This document shows positions 19,054 through 29,602 of a stretch of 64,000 bases of DNA, piece by piece; within the stretch, counting starts at the first letter, position 1; each line of letters opens with the position of its first letter. A model generated the notes under the pieces. It did not search any database. It had not been told where the DNA came from and saw nothing but the letters and a program-made list of their open reading frames with translations. The stretch comes from a virus: the IMG/VR virus record IMGVR_UViG_3300032235_001020, positions 20,981-84,980 of that record; one strand, given 5' to 3'. The translations under genes and the position numbers were made by a program.

Positions 19054-19323
19054 CTAGCGCTGTTCCAGTGCAATCTGGATGGCGGCCTGGAAGTAGCCCG
19101 CGACCTTCATGCGGCGGAACTCGGCGTGGCCCTCGTCGGATTGCTTGCGATCGAGCTGCTCGTGGTTGCGGCGGGACTCATTGAGGGCAGCGAGGGTCTC
19201 GACGTTGAGCATCTCGAGCTCCTTGGCTGAGAGCTGAGAGAGCTTGTCCAGCTCGATGTTCTTGCCAAGGATGAACGAGCGGAAGAAGGGCATGAAGGAT
19301 GTATCGGTCATGGCAGTAGACAT
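19054..19323 (-). CDS. Hypothetical protein
   Basis: 89-aa ORF ending just before the terminator. Confidence 0.65.
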   Translation of the reverse strand: MSTAMTDTSFMPFFRSFILGKNIELDKLSQLSAKELEMLNVETLAALNESRRNHEQLDRKQSDEGHAEFRRMKVAGYFQAAIQIALEQR

Positions 19324-19799
19324 GGTTTGGGAGCGGTGCGGAGGGAAAGAGAGTGGGTGGCGTCCGGGCTATTGGAGGAGTGCCCTGATCACGCCAGATG
19401 AGGTAAGCTGTTGGTCCAATGATTTTCAGGAATCACTGGGCATTCCGTAGCTGGCCGGCTGCGGTGAGGTGGGCACCTCGTGAGGACCCGCCACCGGCCA
19501 CCCCATTACGGCAGGATCTTGGACGCCAGCCATAACGTCAGGCAGCAGACCACGACGTAGGCGACGAGCAGCTCGAACATTAGGTGGACGGTCATTGGTC
19601 CTCCAGCTCGGCGGCGATGGCGAGGAGACGAAGGCGCGTCAGTTGTCGGGCTTCTACTGCGGCATCCACTCCGGTCAAATACTCGTGCGGCACCACCTGA
19701 TCCGCAGCGGCGCGGAGGGCGGCGGCGACTCGCTTGGATCCAACCAACGGTTTTTCGCAGTAGTACGCATCCAGCACAGTTTGTGCGGCGGGGGAGAGG

Positions 19800-20171
19800 T
19801 CAGTCATCGGGCAGGGCCTCCAGGGCGCGGCGGATGGTGTGTTGGTCATCGGCAGTAGGAAGTTGATCTATGCGGTCCAATGCCTCAAGCGCTTGCTCCT
19901 TCAAGCTCGGCGCCTTGGGGCGGCGGGCGGCGCGGAGGTTCCCAATCCCTCCTGGGTACTCATCCCGACACCAACCAGCCAGCCACTCACAGCACGCCTC
20001 GAGCTCCTGGTCGGCGCCCCATTGGGCGGCGCGGGTGGCCAAGTCATCTACGTCGAAGTGGATCTCGCCTGTTTTGGATGCATCGCACCACTGCTGCACC
20101 AGCTCCGGCGGCGGGGTGATGCCGGAACTCCTAATTTGGCTTGGATTAGGAGTTGGTTGGGAGTTGGTCAT
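19800..20171 (-). CDS. Hypothetical phage protein (ITPPPELVQQW...WGADQELEACC family)
   Basis: Recurrent cyanophage small-protein pattern. Confidence 0.65.
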   Translation of the reverse strand: MTNSQPTPNPSQIRSSGITPPPELVQQWCDASKTGEIHFDVDDLATRAAQWGADQELEACCEWLAGWCRDEYPGGIGNLRAARRPKAPSLKEQALEALDRIDQLPTADDQHTIRRALEALPDD

Positions 20172-20431
20172 TCGGGTATGTCATTGATAATGGCGTGCTC
20201 ACCGATGATGGCAAGTGCTGCCTTGTTGTAGGCGCGAGCTGCATCGATCTCACTGACATGGTTGCCGAGGTAGTAGCGCCGTCCCTTGTACGTCAGGTTG
20301 GCTCGATACAAGCCTTTGTTGCCCTTGCTGACGCCTCGGTACTTGCTGTAGGCAGTAGCAGGCCTGGGCCTCGATGCCTGAGACAGGTAGAAGTCCTTGT
20401 CAGACATCTTCCGAGTGAGATAGCTAACCAT
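20168..20431 (-). CDS. AP2-domain DNA-binding protein
   Basis: SKYRGVS...YRANL...YLG...AARAYNKAA. Confidence 0.88.
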   Translation of the reverse strand: MVSYLTRKMSDKDFYLSQASRPRPATAYSKYRGVSKGNKGLYRANLTYKGRRYYLGNHVSEIDAARAYNKAALAIIGEHAIINDIPE

Positions 20432-21178
20432 TGGTGCTTACGGTTCTGCTGGTGCGTTATTGCGGTGACTGCTGGCAGCAGTGGATGCTTTGTCAGCGGG
20501 GCTGAGTGGCCTGGCCGTGGGTGGTGGCCCAGCGCGCCAGGGCGCCAAGGGCAATGCCAACTGCGAGTGCAAAGAAGGCGGAGCGTTTCATGACAGTTGG
20601 GTGAGGTAGATCGTGACGGCAAGGATGCCGAGTAGCCAGGTCAGTCCGAAGGTGACGATGGGAGGCATTGCGGGTACATGCGGAGGAGCTGTGCCTTGCG
20701 CTCGTCAATCAGGTGAGCGGATGAGACGATCGAGCACGGTCCGCCTGGGATGCAGATGCGGTAGCAGTCGTGCCCGTGGGAGTCGATGTAGTACTCGACA
20801 TCGAGGTCGTCAGGGGTCATTGAGCTGGGGTGGCTTCAGGATCCGAGGCAGCGGATGGTCCGGTCATCTGCTCGTAGTGCGAACGCAGGACTTCTTGCCA
20901 CTGCCAGGCTGACCACTGGCGACCCGTGCGGAGATTGAGGATGCGGCTGGGTGAGTAGGAACCCAGTAGCAAGCCACCGGCCTCATGGGGTAGGAGTGCC
21001 CCGAAGGCCAGGAGTTCACTGCGCTGAATCTTGAGGTCAGCGGGCAGTGCGCCGGCGGTCCGGGGTGTAGTGGAACTGGCGGCCGTGGTCGTAGATGAGT
21101 CTGTACTCAATGTCATTGTCTGCGCAGGTCTTAATGAGCTCACGGAGTTGGGCTCCGTTGTGGAGGGGGAAGTAGACG

Positions 21179-21964
21179 TCATTGACCGGCAGGGACGGGT
21201 AGTGGACGAGCATGGGAGTGACCGCTGCGGGAGTAACCGGAGAATTGACCCTGGGCTCGGCGCTGCTGGATGGCTTGCCCGGCTGCGGAGTGCTTGGGTT
21301 GGGTGCCATGAACAAGGTGTGCGAAATGAGTTGGTGTTGTTTGGTAGGCCAGGGCGTCAGTGAAGTCAATGGCCAGGCCCAGAGCGTATGCCTCTTCTTG
21401 CGTATTGACAACCCTCGCTGTCCGAGGAAACAGACCGTCTGCCAGGAGGAAGTCGTAGCGCCCGCCCCAGGAGGCGGTCATGGTCATGTTGCTGGGCAGG
21501 GGCAGTAGCGCACCGCGATCCAGCCAGAGCGGCAGGTTCTTGCTGTACAGGTAGAACTGGAGGTCGCTATGGCGTTGAGCGGTCTCGATCAGGGCATCAC
21601 GCAGCTGGTCGTTGTAGCAATCGCCGGAGGTGAACCAGCGGACGCGTTCGGTGTAGCTGCGGACCTGGGCGCGCAGGGACAGATCCAGTAGATCGGCCAT
21701 GGCGCCAGCGTTGAGCCCGCGCAGCAGTGACCAGTTGTGGTGGCGCGACTTGCGGACGGAGGGCCGGGTCTCCTCGCTGGCGGCAGAGCAGCGAAACAGG
21801 GTGTGTTCGCCGTCGGTGATCCTGCCTGTCGTGGGGTCGGCCTTGGACAGACAGAGCAGAGCGCCCGGGCAGGTGAAGCCAGCGGGCAGAGCGAACGTCA
21901 TGGTGGTGTTGGGCAGCTTGGCGTTGCCGTGCCCGAACCGCAGCAGCTGATCTGACAGGGTCAT
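21179..21964 (-). CDS. GP88-like protein
   Basis: GNAKL...FALPAGFTCPGALLC...VRWFTSGDCY...FYLYSK. Confidence 0.75.
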   Translation of the reverse strand: MTLSDQLLRFGHGNAKLPNTTMTFALPAGFTCPGALLCLSKADPTTGRITDGEHTLFRCSAASEETRPSVRKSRHHNWSLLRGLNAGAMADLLDLSLRAQVRSYTERVRWFTSGDCYNDQLRDALIETAQRHSDLQFYLYSKNLPLWLDRGALLPLPSNMTMTASWGGRYDFLLADGLFPRTARVVNTQEEAYALGLAIDFTDALAYQTTPTHFAHLVHGTQPKHSAAGQAIQQRRAQGQFSGYSRSGHSHARPLPVPAGQ

Positions 21965-22228
21965 GCGCCCTCCTGGCGAAGGGCGGCAGCGCGCATATGC
22001 TGAAGTTGGGTCTCGGCTACAGCCTGTGCTCGCTGAATACCGAGCTCCAGTTGGGTGATTGAGCTGAGCAGCGCGCGCTCATCGTTGGGTTCGATGGAGG
22101 TATTGGACTCGCGGTAATGAGCCAGGAGACCAAGGAGCTCGAAGTACAGGGTTTCGGCTTGCGGCGGGGAGAGCCGGAGATGAACGGCTGAGGGTCTGGG
22201 GAACATGCACAGGTGTTGAGGTGCATGC

Positions 22229-22260
22229 AAAAAGGCCGCCCCGCGAGATGCGAGACGGCC
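22229..22260 (-). terminator. Rho-independent terminator
   Basis: GGCCG/CGGCC stem + T5. Confidence 0.65.
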
Positions 22261-22591
22261 GGTGAGGTGTTGGATGTTTGGTGATGGCTTAGCCGCCTTG
22301 ACCGTTCATGGCGCACTCGAGCAGGTAGGCGCAGAGGTTGGACAGCGATCGCCCTTCCTGGTCACTGCGGACCTGCAGGAGGGTGAACAGCGTCGGGTTG
22401 AGGGAGACCGTGACCCGTTTGCTGATGCTCGTGTTGCGGCGGCTGCGGGGTTGAGTGATGAACATGGTGGGTTGGGAGTGTGAGTTGAGAGGCGAGGGTG
22501 TCGTCGTGCCAGTGCTCCAGGCGGGTGGCTTCTATGTGGTGTGTCAGGACTAGCCGGCTGCCATCGGGAAGCAGGACCGTGATGACCTGCT

Positions 22592-22984
22592 CTACGGGGA
22601 GGTCGATGGTTGCCATTGCTGTCGCTCAGGTAGATGGGACCAGGACGTGCGCTTGCCGATGCGGTAGTACGTGCTCGAGGCAATGCCAAAGCGGCTCTTG
22701 ATCTGCATGTAGGTCAGACCCTGGTCGTAGGCCTGACGGATGGCGTAGACATCCTTGTCCTGCAGAATCGCCAGCGGGTTGCTCTCGCCTTTAAGGGCGT
22801 AGTTGATGTTGCGCCGGGTAGCGCCTCGCTTGGGCCCTGGCTTGGGCTTGATGTAGCACTCCTTGGTGATGAACCGGGTGTCACAGTCGAAGCAGCGGAT
22901 GTACCTGCGTTGATGGTCGGGGTAGATCTCCGTGCAGGTGACACGGGTCTGCTTGGAGTTGCAGGTGCGGCAGTGCATGGCCAT
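22592..22984 (-). CDS. NrdR-like zinc ribbon fused to a C-terminal HTH
   Basis: CRTC...TRV...RRYIRCFDCDTRFITKE followed by GESNPLAIL...FGIASST. Confidence 0.7.
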   Translation of the reverse strand: MAMHCRTCNSKQTRVTCTEIYPDHQRRYIRCFDCDTRFITKECYIKPKPGPKRGATRRNINYALKGESNPLAILQDKDVYAIRQAYDQGLTYMQIKSRFGIASSTYYRIGKRTSWSHLPERQQWQPSTSP

Positions 22985-23632
22985 CGCTTGCTCAGGCCCT
23001 GGGACGATGGCGGGTCAGCGGATAGCCCAGGTCATTGAGCTTGGCGTACTCGCGCTGGGACAGCCACCGCACTACGAGGTGGGGCGGCAGGAGTGGCATA
23101 GACAGCCAGGGATGCCGCTTGCTGGTATCCACGATGCGACGAGAGATCGAAGCAAGGTGCTCGATGCGGTGCTTGGCCTGGAGCAGCGGAGTGAGATGAA
23201 GCACGAGAGGTATCTGGAGTGGGGTCAGATCGTCAGACCCTTAGGGGTAGCGGAGCTTGATGCCAGACGACGGCGTGTCAGTTTCTGACACTTTGTATGG
23301 GGAGTCGTTGAGTCAGGGGCCGGTAGCCAGCCCGTTGGCGTAGCTGCCTTGCGGTGATTGCACCGTGGGCCAGGGGGTGCCCGCGAGGATCAGCGTGCAG
23401 CCGATGAGGACTGCCATTTCAAGCAGCCTGCGCTTGCGCCCTGGAGAACGCCTCGGCGTTTTGATCGTGGATGAGCTGATCAGGCGGCAGCGTGCCATGC
23501 GCCCAGAGGAAACGGGTACGGAAACGCGGCGGCGGCGGATCACCCGGGGCGGCAATGGCGGCAAGCTTGGCGACATAGATGGAGTAGTCATGGATGTCTG
23601 CGTCAGTGATGAATTGGCGGTCGGTCATGGCG

Positions 23633-23827
23633 TCAGGTGTGGGAGCGACCGTTGGCTTCGATGAGTCCGTAAAGCCCGCACCAGGGCAGGGTTCCGGTGA
23701 TGGCCCCGTCCATGAAGGGATCAGGGCGGAAGTCTTCAAGGAGGACGTCGACGGGTGTGTTCTTCTCGGCGGCGCAATCGAGGAAGCGTCGCTGCTGGGC
23801 GGGAGAAAGCTGTTGGAGGGTGAGCAT
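23633..23827 (-). CDS. Small hypothetical protein
   Basis: MLTLQQLS...GLIEANGRSHT, preceded by a TTTCGCA leader motif. Confidence 0.55.
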   Translation of the reverse strand: MLTLQQLSPAQQRRFLDCAAEKNTPVDVLLEDFRPDPFMDGAITGTLPWCGLYGLIEANGRSHT

Positions 23828-23879
23828 GAGATGCGAAAGAAGAGGAGATCGCCCCACGGGTGTGAGGCGTGGGTGGGGT

Positions 23880-24908
23880 TCAGGCGGCGACGAGTTCGCG
23901 TTGCTCGAGGAACTGGCCTTCGAGGAAAGCGAGGAAGCCGGTAGCGGTACGGGCTCGTGCGCCTTCGAGCTGGGAGCGGAAGGCGGTGGCGTCGTTGCGC
24001 ACCTTCTCGTGGGAGGTGTACTGGGTGACGGCCGAGGCCAGGCGCCAGGCATTGCCCGTGCGGGTATCGAGCTCACCACCGATTAGATCGCTGGTGTAGA
24101 TCTGCTCGAGGCGCTGGGCGAGGCGACCTTGGCCTTCGGGGTCAGCGAAGTACGTGCGCAGGGCAGTGCGAGCGGTATCCATGGAGATCTCGGTCGCGAT
24201 CATGCGCTCCTTCATGCGGTCGTAGGCCTTGCACTGCCGGACGGCATGGCCAAGGACGGCGTGGACGATGTCCTGGTTCATGGCCTGGGTGTGGCTGAGC
24301 CTGACCTCGCACTCGGTGACCTTGCGGGCCAGGCCGTTGGTGCAGACCAGCTCATTGGCGATGACGGAGACGCGGGGGCGCAGTGCCTCGCCGAAAGACT
24401 CGCTCAGAACCAGCCAGTGGTCAGTGCGGTCTTCCTTGTTGATGTAGGCGGAGTGGCCGGGGCGGCTGATGAACAGCCCGCCATCGGCTTGGAGTAGTTC
24501 GCCGTTGTTGCCGCTGAGCTTGGCAGCCATGTAGAGGCTGCGGCCTTTGTTGTAGGCACCGACGACGTCGAGGGAGATGGCTTTGCCTGAGGCGTCGCAG
24601 AAGGCGCGGAAGTAGTCGATGAAGGTGGAAGGCTGGATGGCCTGCCGCTTGGCACCAAAGAAGCCGAGGAGATCTTGGTTGTCGTCCCGGAGCCAGAGCT
24701 GGCAGTCGGGGTAGGGGCGTCCGGCGTGTACAGCGGGTGTACGTACAACATTGAAGTTGCAGCCGATCGAGGCGAGGATCTCGCTGTCGCTCATCCAGGG
24801 CTGGACTTCCGCGGCTGTGCCCCGGAACAGGGAGCGATCAGCAGGAGTGAGCTTGCTGGTTGAGGTGGTGGTGTCGGACTGGAGTGCTGTGGTGATGGTG
24901 GCGGTCAT
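23880..24908 (-). CDS. DUF932 (LGT_TIGR03299-like) protein
   Basis: VCTNGL, VRLSHT, GNAWRLASAVTQYTSH. Confidence 0.82.
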   Translation of the reverse strand: MTATITTALQSDTTTSTSKLTPADRSLFRGTAAEVQPWMSDSEILASIGCNFNVVRTPAVHAGRPYPDCQLWLRDDNQDLLGFFGAKRQAIQPSTFIDYFRAFCDASGKAISLDVVGAYNKGRSLYMAAKLSGNNGELLQADGGLFISRPGHSAYINKEDRTDHWLVLSESFGEALRPRVSVIANELVCTNGLARKVTECEVRLSHTQAMNQDIVHAVLGHAVRQCKAYDRMKERMIATEISMDTARTALRTYFADPEGQGRLAQRLEQIYTSDLIGGELDTRTGNAWRLASAVTQYTSHEKVRNDATAFRSQLEGARARTATGFLAFLEGQFLEQRELVAA

Positions 24909-25498
24909 AGTTCAGAGGAATCGTCTGGGTGATCGGTGATCTGGTCGAGGTAGGTGGTGACCGCAGTGCGCTCGACTTCCAGGGAGTCGAGGAGCTCGTC
25001 AGAGATGAGGAGGTGACTGCGGAAATCACGCATCAGGACACGCTTGGCTTTGAAGCGGTCCTCGATGAGCGCCTGCGCGCGTTGGCTGTAGTAGGGGTAG
25101 CCCACCTGGGTGAGCACGTCCTCGAGGTGCTTGACAGCGACCTTGAGGCCCAGGGTGTGGTCACGCATCACGCGTCCGAGCACCTGCTGATCAGCTGCGG
25201 GGAGCTGGTCATAGGGCTCGTCCTCGAGGGCCAGTGAGGTGAGGTGCTTCTCGAAGTGGCTTTCGACGTCGGTCAGCAGGTGCATGGCGGCAACCAGCAT
25301 CTGGATGATGTTGGTGCCGTTGCTGGAGCGCTCGATCAGCTGGCAGATTGCAAACTGCAGATCGCAGGGCGCGCCGAGTTCGCCCCCGAAGTCCAGGGCT
25401 GGTACGACCTGACTGATGGGCAGCGGGTTGCGCCCACGCAGCAGGGTGTCGAGCATCTCAGGCGAGATGCTGTCCGGGATCTCGGGGGTTGCGGTCAC
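24905..25498 (-). CDS. Hypothetical protein
   Basis: Coupled ORF. Confidence 0.65.
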   Translation of the reverse strand: MTATPEIPDSISPEMLDTLLRGRNPLPISQVVPALDFGGELGAPCDLQFAICQLIERSSNGTNIIQMLVAAMHLLTDVESHFEKHLTSLALEDEPYDQLPAADQQVLGRVMRDHTLGLKVAVKHLEDVLTQVGYPYYSQRAQALIEDRFKAKRVLMRDFRSHLLISDELLDSLEVERTAVTTYLDQITDHPDDSSEL

Positions 25499-26112
25499 TG
25501 GAACTGGGGCTCGAGGTCAAGGGAGCGACGCAGGCGATCGACGGTGACCTCCAGGGTGTGGCGGTCAGGGTCAATGGCTTGTGACGAGACCCGCGCCGGT
25601 GCTTCGCCGCCCAGTTCGCCGTAGACGAAGAGGTCGATGAAGTTGGCAACGTGGCCGTAAGCGTTGGGCTTGGTGCCCCGCCGCGCACAGATTGTGCCTG
25701 CCATGGCTCGCATGTCAAGCATTCTGTCAGCCGTGGCGAGCGATCCGAGCAGGGTGCGGACCGGCCAGGAGCTGCGGTCGGGTTTGCAGTTGAAGACCGG
25801 CAGCGACAGGACGAAGATGTGGTATGGGTGAGGGGAGCCGAGGGTGACGTCCAGGTAGAGCTTGCGGCGATCGCCTTGGCGCTCGAAGGCCTTGATGTCG
25901 TGGACGCCGAGGAAGTTCAGGCCGTCGTCGGGGCTGGAGAGAACGCGCTTGGGCGTGGCATGGGATTCGCCGTACTCATACAGCTGGCCGACTTGGTTGA
26001 TACCAAGGCGGATGAACTTGGTATTGGGGGGTCGCTTGGTGATGGCAGCCGCGAGGGGATCGTCGATGTCTTCAAGGCAGAAGGGATCGTCGATGGGGGC
26101 GAGAGCGTTCAT
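25495..26112 (-). CDS. Hypothetical protein, first gene after a repeat element
   Basis: ATG 4 nt after CCTGACT. Confidence 0.7.
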   Translation of the reverse strand: MNALAPIDDPFCLEDIDDPLAAAITKRPPNTKFIRLGINQVGQLYEYGESHATPKRVLSSPDDGLNFLGVHDIKAFERQGDRRKLYLDVTLGSPHPYHIFVLSLPVFNCKPDRSSWPVRTLLGSLATADRMLDMRAMAGTICARRGTKPNAYGHVANFIDLFVYGELGGEAPARVSSQAIDPDRHTLEVTVDRLRRSLDLEPQFQ

Positions 26113-26116
26113 ACGA

Positions 26117-26187
26117 AGTCAGGTAACGACAATGCACTGCTGAAAGAGTGCACGCAAAAAGCCCCCACCTGAGGCTCAGGCAGGGGC
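26117..26187 (-). promoter_or_regulatory. Repeat element copy: terminator + CAGCAGTGCAT-N8-CCTGACT
   Basis: Same motif and spacing as the copies at 34.8-36.0 kb. Confidence 0.75.
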
Positions 26188-26225
26188 GGCTGAATAGACT
26201 GGGGCGAGGGTTAGATGACTGGATC

Positions 26226-26735
26226 GTGCAGCAGGAACAAGGGCTCCTGATGGAGATGCCACAGGTGCAGATGCAGTCCTGCGAGGGCGATGGCGTTGCC
26301 CAGCTGGTCCAGCAGTTGATCGTGCTGGCTGCGTTGCTCAAGGAGCTGCAGACCCAGAGTCACTTGATCCATGTGAACTATGAAGGTGCGAACTTCCTGG
26401 AGGTGCATGCGTTCCTGAAGGAGCGCTATGAGGAGCACCTCGAGCAGTTCGACCAAGTGGCTGAGCAGGTACGGACGCTGGATCACTTCATGCCGATGTG
26501 TGCCTGCGGCCTGAAGGAGGCGATGCCGCCCTTCCAGAACGTCGAGAGCTACGAAGGGCGCTCGATGCTGATGGCCTATTACGTCAACATTGAAGGCATG
26601 GGCTACCTGGCCAAGGAGCTTGAGCAGGTAGCCGCAGAAGCAGGTGCGCCGGACGTGCAGAATTACATGGCCGAGCTGGTGGGCTCAGCCTTTAAGACGT
26701 CGTGGATGCTGAAGAGCATCCTGCGCGGCTGCTAG
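26226..26735 (+). CDS. dps: Dps / ferritin-like protein
   Basis: HLIHVNYEGANFLEVH...YEE...FDQVAEQVR ferroxidase signature and C-terminal WML; TAGACT at 26195-26200. Confidence 0.85.
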   Translation: MQQEQGLLMEMPQVQMQSCEGDGVAQLVQQLIVLAALLKELQTQSHLIHVNYEGANFLEVHAFLKERYEEHLEQFDQVAEQVRTLDHFMPMCACGLKEAMPPFQNVESYEGRSMLMAYYVNIEGMGYLAKELEQVAAEAGAPDVQNYMAELVGSAFKTSWMLKSILRGC

Positions 26736-27410
26736 TCGAGTGCGAAGAAGTCGCAGGCCTTGCCATTGAGCGTGATGCCATCGCGCCAGGTCAGGCCGAT
26801 GGATTGCCCGCTGGTGTGGTCAATGGTGTAGCGCAGGGCAGGATTGCAGGCATTGCCTGGATTGTCAGGGTGGCTTGGGCCCTTGCGCACGGTGTAGCTG
26901 CTGTTCTGCCAGTGGACAGTGCGGCCGGCGTCGACGGCAGTGGCGATCTCGTTGAGGGTCATGGGCGTGTGAATCATGTCAAGGAAGGATGATGGTTTCT
27001 TTGGCGCGCCAGCCTTTGCGATCGACCCAGGCATTGAATGCTGCCTTGGCTTCCGGGGTCATGTAGCCGAAGACTCGATTGAGCACGTGCTTGAAGGCGT
27101 GCTCTTTGTCGGCGAGCTTCTCATGTTCTACTGCGGCCTGAGCGGCGCAGGCGATGTCCAGTAGGTCGTACATCGGAACGCTGGCTCGGGTGTTGGCCTG
27201 CTCGTTATTCATGAGATGGAGGGAGTGTGGGCGTTGTCGAGGGCTTCGTAGAAGTAGAAGGCGGATGCCCAGGCTGGGAACTCGGGGTCTTCCGGGAGCG
27301 GATAGCCCTCTACGTGTTCCCAGTCGGACTCATGTATTCCTTCGGGGGAATACCAGCCGCCCTCATCGGCTGTCCAGCCGGCCTGCCAGCGCAGGCGGTG
27401 GACGCGGTCG

Positions 27411-27692
27411 TCATGAGCCATGGCCGCTTCCACTTGGGAGAGATGCTCGTACCAGTTGGGGCGGTGTTCGAGTTGGAGCAGGTTGCAGGCAGGGTCGTTC
27501 ATGGGCGGCGCGGCGGAGAGAGGCGTGGATATTGCGCTCGGATCTGGCCGATCGCTTGCGGCCAAAGGGCACGATGGTGCGCCCGCCATCGGGGTGACGG
27601 GCATGCCAGTGCTTGCGGCCAGGCGTGAGCTGGAAGCCCAGCTCGATCGCATATCTGAGGCAGGGATCTTTGCGGAAGAGTGGATTGGTCAT
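27411..27692 (-). CDS. HicA-like dsRBD-fold protein
   Basis: AIELGFQLTPGRKHWHARHPDGGRTIVP. Confidence 0.5.
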   Translation of the reverse strand: MTNPLFRKDPCLRYAIELGFQLTPGRKHWHARHPDGGRTIVPFGRKRSARSERNIHASLRRAAHERPCLQPAPTRTPPQLVRASLPSGSGHGS

Positions 27693-28306
27693 GAGTAGTT
27701 CATGGCCTTCTCGTCGGTGTCGTTGAGGGTGACGCCGCGTTCCTTGAGCCAGGGGATCATGCAGGTGACGACGATCTTCTGAGCTTCCATAGGGCGTGGC
27801 TTCTCGGCAGTGCCGATCAGCTTGCAGGTGAGATTGAAGGCACGGGAGGCCTGTTCAATCAGCATCAGCAGGTCGATGTCGATGTTGTGCTCAGCGGCGC
27901 GGGCTTCGGCGTTGCGCTTGCGGACCGTGGCCGGCCTGACGCCGCGATTGGGAATCACGGCTGTGCGATGGGCGACTGCCGTCATGGCCTGCGGGTCGGC
28001 GGACTCGAGGGCAGCGAGATGGTCAGGATCGGACCAGCCTTCCTCTCGAGCAGGGATCGCAGGATCCGCCAGTTCCGGTTCGTCAAAGTCAAGTTTGAGA
28101 ACAGAAGCCTTGAGGTCTGTGTCGAAGGTGAGGCAGCTGTCATCGAAGACGAAGCCCTTCTTGACGATGTCACGGATGGAATCGGGGACGAGTGCTGCGC
28201 ATTCGCCGCCGTTGGCAAGCTTCTTGTTGAAGTAGAAGTAGTAGTAGCCGCGGTGCTCAGTCTTAGTGCTGGGCTTGGGGTCTGAGGTGGTGATACGGAC
28301 GGCCAT
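27689..28306 (-). CDS. Hypothetical protein
   Basis: Start probably MAVRIT (about 28306), after a TTTCGCA leader. Confidence 0.6.
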   Translation of the reverse strand: MAVRITTSDPKPSTKTEHRGYYYFYFNKKLANGGECAALVPDSIRDIVKKGFVFDDSCLTFDTDLKASVLKLDFDEPELADPAIPAREEGWSDPDHLAALESADPQAMTAVAHRTAVIPNRGVRPATVRKRNAEARAAEHNIDIDLLMLIEQASRAFNLTCKLIGTAEKPRPMEAQKIVVTCMIPWLKERGVTLNDTDEKAMNYS

Positions 28307-28343
28307 GAGTGGTTGTCTGGTGTGCGAAAGGAATGGATGGCGG

Positions 28344-28568
28344 TCACCGGGGTGTGACGTCGAAGAAGCGGGAGCCGGGACCGAAGTCACGAACGACCTC
28401 TGGCCAGGTGTCGTAGATCTTGCGGGCGTTGTTGCCGTCCGCTCTTGAGAGAGCAGCGGCCAGGCCGGAGATGAAGCCGCCGCCGTGTAGCCGCATGGCG
28501 TCCACGGTGCGGCCCCGATAGGCGTAGAAGGTCTCGAAGTCGGCGATGGCGATGGAGGTGGTGATCAT
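28344..28568 (-). CDS. Small hypothetical phage protein
   Basis: GGGFISGLAAALSRADGNN...TWPE. Confidence 0.65.
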   Translation of the reverse strand: MITTSIAIADFETFYAYRGRTVDAMRLHGGGFISGLAAALSRADGNNARKIYDTWPEVVRDFGPGSRFFDVTPR

Positions 28569-29134
28569 TTGATGGTCCAGTTAGTGCGTTGAACGATGCG
28601 AGCGCCTGCGATCTCTTGGCCTCCCTTGAGGGCGGCCTTGATCGCGGTCTTGTCGGGGGAGCGGGTGGTCTTGCTTTTGAAGAGGTCGTCAGGGATGAGG
28701 TCTTCGTCCTCGATCTCGACGGCCTCACTGCGGCGGGAGCGCAGTTCGTGGGTGGGCAGGGAGAAGCGGTTCGCCTCGGGCTGCAAGGTGGTGAGGACCT
28801 TGAGCATGTAGTCGGTGAGCGACTGGGCGCGCTTCTCGTCGGCTGCGGCCAGATCAGCTAGGCGCTGGGACTGGTCCTTGCGGAACTTGGCGACCGCTTG
28901 CAGGTGGTCGATGTAGCGGCAGATGTTGTCGGCCTTGGACTCGAGTAGAGCCGCGGTGTGGGCCTGGGCCTCGAGGTACTGCTCGACCAGGCGGATCGCG
29001 GTGTCCTCCTGTTCGGGGTCATCTGAGCCGAGGAGCTCAGCGGCAAGAGCCAGTTCGCCGTCGACGTACTGGGCCTGGATGCCAAGGGCGTAGAGAGACT
29101 CCGCGCCCTGTGCTCTTGGGTCAGTAGAGCTCAT
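28565..29134 (-). CDS. Siphovirus Gp157-family protein
   Basis: KADNICRYI...VEIEDEDLIPDDL...PDKTAIKAALKGG..IAGA. Confidence 0.85.
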   Translation of the reverse strand: MSSTDPRAQGAESLYALGIQAQYVDGELALAAELLGSDDPEQEDTAIRLVEQYLEAQAHTAALLESKADNICRYIDHLQAVAKFRKDQSQRLADLAAADEKRAQSLTDYMLKVLTTLQPEANRFSLPTHELRSRRSEAVEIEDEDLIPDDLFKSKTTRSPDKTAIKAALKGGQEIAGARIVQRTNWTIK

Positions 29135-29602
29135 GCTCGTGGCGAGGGCCGACGTAGTGCTGGATGACGAGCGCTTGCGGCCAGGCGGATGGTTGGCCGG
29201 TGCGGAGGTGATTGACGTAGGTGTTGCGCTCGAGCTGGCTGCTGAAGTCACAGCGCCAGCAGAGTGTGGTTTCGGTGTCATAGACGTAGACGGAGTAGCG
29301 GTGGTCAGTGGTGACGCGGCACAGCAGATAGCGCGTTCCGCGCTCGCTTGAGGTGGCGGTCAAAGGACGCCAGTTGCCGCTTGATCGCTTGGACTGAGCG
29401 GTGGTCTTGGGACGGGTGGCCTGCCTTGAGGGCGCGTTGCGCTTCGAGCAGGAGTTCCGCGGTCGCATCACGGAGGCGAACCAGCGGAAGCAGGCGTGAA
29501 TCGATGGCATCTCGCATGCTGCAAGCCGTAGCTTGCGCATTGTGGCTGGAAAATCCAGAAAGGGAAGCCCCGGCAGGCGGATTGCTCGCCGGGGCGTGGA
29601 GA

